From an uncultured Paenibacillaceae bacterium (lineage in GTDB: Bacteria; Bacillota; Bacilli; Paenibacillales; DA-C8): a DNA stretch of 64,000 nt. The position numbers were made by a program, and so were the translations under genes. A model generated the notes under the pieces. That model searched no databases. It was not told the DNA's origin and was given only the letters and a program-made list of their open reading frames with translations. Below are positions 62,901-64,000 of the stretch, piece by piece. The stretch covers positions 6,816 to 70,815 of the forward strand of contig CALGAO010000031.1 of NCBI GenBank assembly GCA_937957685.1. Direction: 5' to 3'. Positions within the stretch are counted from its first letter, which is position 1, and every line of letters begins with the position of its first letter.

Positions 62901-63025
62901 GGCATCGTCAGTTGCCCCTTCTCCCGGACCAGCTCCTGCATATTCGGCGCCGTCAGGAAGAGCCCCACCGCGAGCACAAGCCACAGAGCGAGTACCGCCC
63001 AACGGAACCTAACGATTGCTTTCAT
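59903..63025 (-). CDS. MMPL/RND-family membrane protein with coiled-coil insert (YdgH-like)
   Basis: GIGTDYCILLISRFKEE and ALGIDYSIFLMGRF motifs; GxxxLxxG heptads. Confidence 0.9.
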   Translation of the reverse strand: MKAIVRFRWAVLALWLVLAVGLFLTAPNMQELVREKGQLTMPDGSASLRAAEMLEEIGGSGASAVYVFYDHDGLDEQELSEIEDAVNILKERQDELRLTSVMSHFEQPDLAKQMVSEDGTTVLVLLGLDGEAWAESDLRDGLYDAMDSVSVEHYLTGSTLITEDVVISSQEGLKRTEVITVVFILVILFVVFRSAIAPFIPLLTIGISYLAAQSIVAYLVEYVSFPLSTYTQIFMVAVMFGIGTDYCILLISRFKEELAKQDSMVEAIVATYRTAGKTVIFSGLAVLVGFIAIGFSRFILYQSAVAVGVGVMVVLIALFTLMPFFMATFGRAMFWPGSKSLGHKDSRLWGAVGSFSLRRPLIALAIIAVIVVPTLWQYDGDVTYNSLDEIGERYDSVKAFNIVSEHFGPGESLPTSIVIQHDEPLDNPQGMAWIERISRELLEVDGVSKVRSATRPVGEELKELSVSGQADMLKDGLVQGVDGIVQVRDGLAEASDKLTESKPKLDEAVDAAAALADGTNELVNGLSQLSAGLGELEKGVRDGALGAAQLRSGLEEMRRNAETLRATYQQIADAYEQLSGGVGVLSEQYGNIEAGLAGIRDGLVGLEQALQAVAASHPDLAQDVQFQTALGIATQLKGGAEELTAGIGQLNAQLANVQAGLSDATAGFSQANAGHSELNKAFDALIGGLQELEQGLNLAADGQGQIAANVPGAIDGLTQIEDGQRQLQAGFAELNSQIGLLTDGLMQSVDGLTQIGDGLNQAVDYLEVLSTNDDELGGWYMPEEVLEEELFVQVLDNYLSADRMTTKLDVIFDTNPYDQETLDKIEDLNAAVARAVAGTPLDDAEYAAGGTTSMHHDLAMVSEEDFSRTAVIMLIGIFIVLALLLRSIIMPIYLMASLLLTYYTSMGIAEWIFVDLLGYDGVTWAVPFFAFVMLLALGIDYSIFLMGRFNEYTHLDVKDAILEAMKKMGSVIFSAVIILGGTFAAMLPSGVLSLLMIATIVLAGLVLYALVFLPLFIPLMVRLFGQANWWPFQHGKSDAE

Positions 63026-63028
63026 CCT

Positions 63029-63478
63029 TTAACTCCCTCCATCCTTTTTGATAATCGCCGCCAGCTTCTCATAGAGTGTCAGGAACTGGTCGAGCTCAGC
63101 TTGTGTGAATTGGCTGATGAACCCCACCAACAGTTCATGAATGCGGCTCGCAGCCGCCTCATATACCTCTGTCCCTTTCTCCGACAGTTGGAAGCTGACC
63201 ACACGCCGATCTTTGTCGTCTTGTACGCGTGTGATATATTGTTTGTCTACGAGACGCGATGTAATCGCCGTTGTAGCGCTCTTATTGACGCAGAACGTAT
63301 CCGACAACTCGCTGGCCGTACAGCTCTTGCGATTGTATATGTAACGCAAGGTTAGAAACTGGTCGAGCGTCAGTTCGTTGTCGATGCACTCGCGGATGAG
63401 CGCATTCAGTTTGCGCGTTACAGTGAATGATACGGCTTCGAATCGGTCGATATACTCGGTAATTTTCCCTGTATCCAT
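63029..63478 (-). CDS. MarR family transcriptional regulator
   Basis: LTLDQF, winged HTH, DKDRRVV; SD GGAGGAGG. Confidence 0.9.
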   Translation of the reverse strand: MDTGKITEYIDRFEAVSFTVTRKLNALIRECIDNELTLDQFLTLRYIYNRKSCTASELSDTFCVNKSATTAITSRLVDKQYITRVQDDKDRRVVSFQLSEKGTEVYEAAASRIHELLVGFISQFTQAELDQFLTLYEKLAAIIKKDGGS

Positions 63479-63502
63479 TCGCTCCTCCTCCCTGTCGACC
63501 AT

Positions 63503-63563
63503 ATAGTTCAACGATTGAATTATTCACCCATGTAACTATATACCTGATCAAACCCTAAGTCAA
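63503..63563 (-). promoter_or_regulatory. Sigma-A promoter with MarR-type palindromic operator
   Basis: TTGACT-17nt-TATAGT; dyad ATAGTTCAA-CGA-TTGAATTAT at 63503-63523 and a related site overlapping the -10. Confidence 0.65.
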
Positions 63564-63747
63564 GGGCAGGAAAAAAGCTGCCTGGAGGATCGACGTGAAC
63601 ACAATCACATCGGCCCTTCCAAACAGCCTCATGTCCCTTCTATCTTGCGATCTTGCCGCTCGCATCACGGATAGCTCGCGAGAAAGCTTCATTCCAAGGA
63701 GATAGAAATGTGACAAAACCCCCGTCCCTCTGTCACTACCTCTGTCA

Positions 63748-64000
63748 CTAGTCGTTCAGGTCAGGACGTTTGCCTTGCACCAGGTAAACGACGCTCTCAC
63801 CGATATTCGTCGCATGATCCGCCATTCGCTCCAAATATCGGCTGACGAAGCACAGCTGCAGCGCCTGGTTCACATGCCGGCTGTTCTCCATGATGTACGT
63901 GAACAGCTCGCGCAGGATCTGGCTGTGCAACTGATCCACCTCATCGTCCATCTGCGCCATCTTGTAAGCGAGCTGAACATCCTCGCGGATATACGACTGG
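63748..64000 (-). CDS. phoU: Phosphate signaling protein PhoU (3' part; runs off window end)
   Basis: MDDEVDQL...SRYLERMADHATNIGESVVYLVQG. Confidence 0.93.
   Translation of the reverse strand, partial: QSYIREDVQLAYKMAQMDDEVDQLHSQILRELFTYIMENSRHVNQALQLCFVSRYLERMADHATNIGESVVYLVQGKRPDLND

Overview
GC-rich chromosomal window from an endospore-forming Bacillota member. It looks Paenibacillaceae-like (GerA-family germination protein, alpha/beta SASP, SLH proteins, YesM/YesN-type system); the taxonomy is inferred. Core content: a complete classical menaquinone cluster (menF-D-H-B-E-C with divergent menA-menI), nnr, katA, tRNA-Lys(CTT), tRNA-Ala(GGC), an Opp/Dpp-type ABC operon with an OsmC gene behind a CymR-like operator, mgtE, ung and the conserved polA-mutM-ytaF-coaE-slt-nrdR block. 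Between polA and phoU lies a ~19 kb accessory segment. Its best feature is a candidate minimal cellulosome-like surface-display system: a 1432-aa secreted LamG/GH39-like/CBM enzyme ending in a cohesin-like module plus a dockerin, followed directly by a single-cohesin + 3xSLH anchor protein. A shared 37-bp operator at identical spacing from the -10 box links it to a neighbouring sensor system and sugar ABC importer. The window also holds several deletion scars or pseudogenes, a 149-bp tandem repeat that copies the polA 3' end, a dispersed ~113-bp REP/MITE-like element and several local tandem-repeat spacers. No CRISPR, integrase, transposase or prophage was seen. All calls come from reading motifs by eye; no database searches were run.
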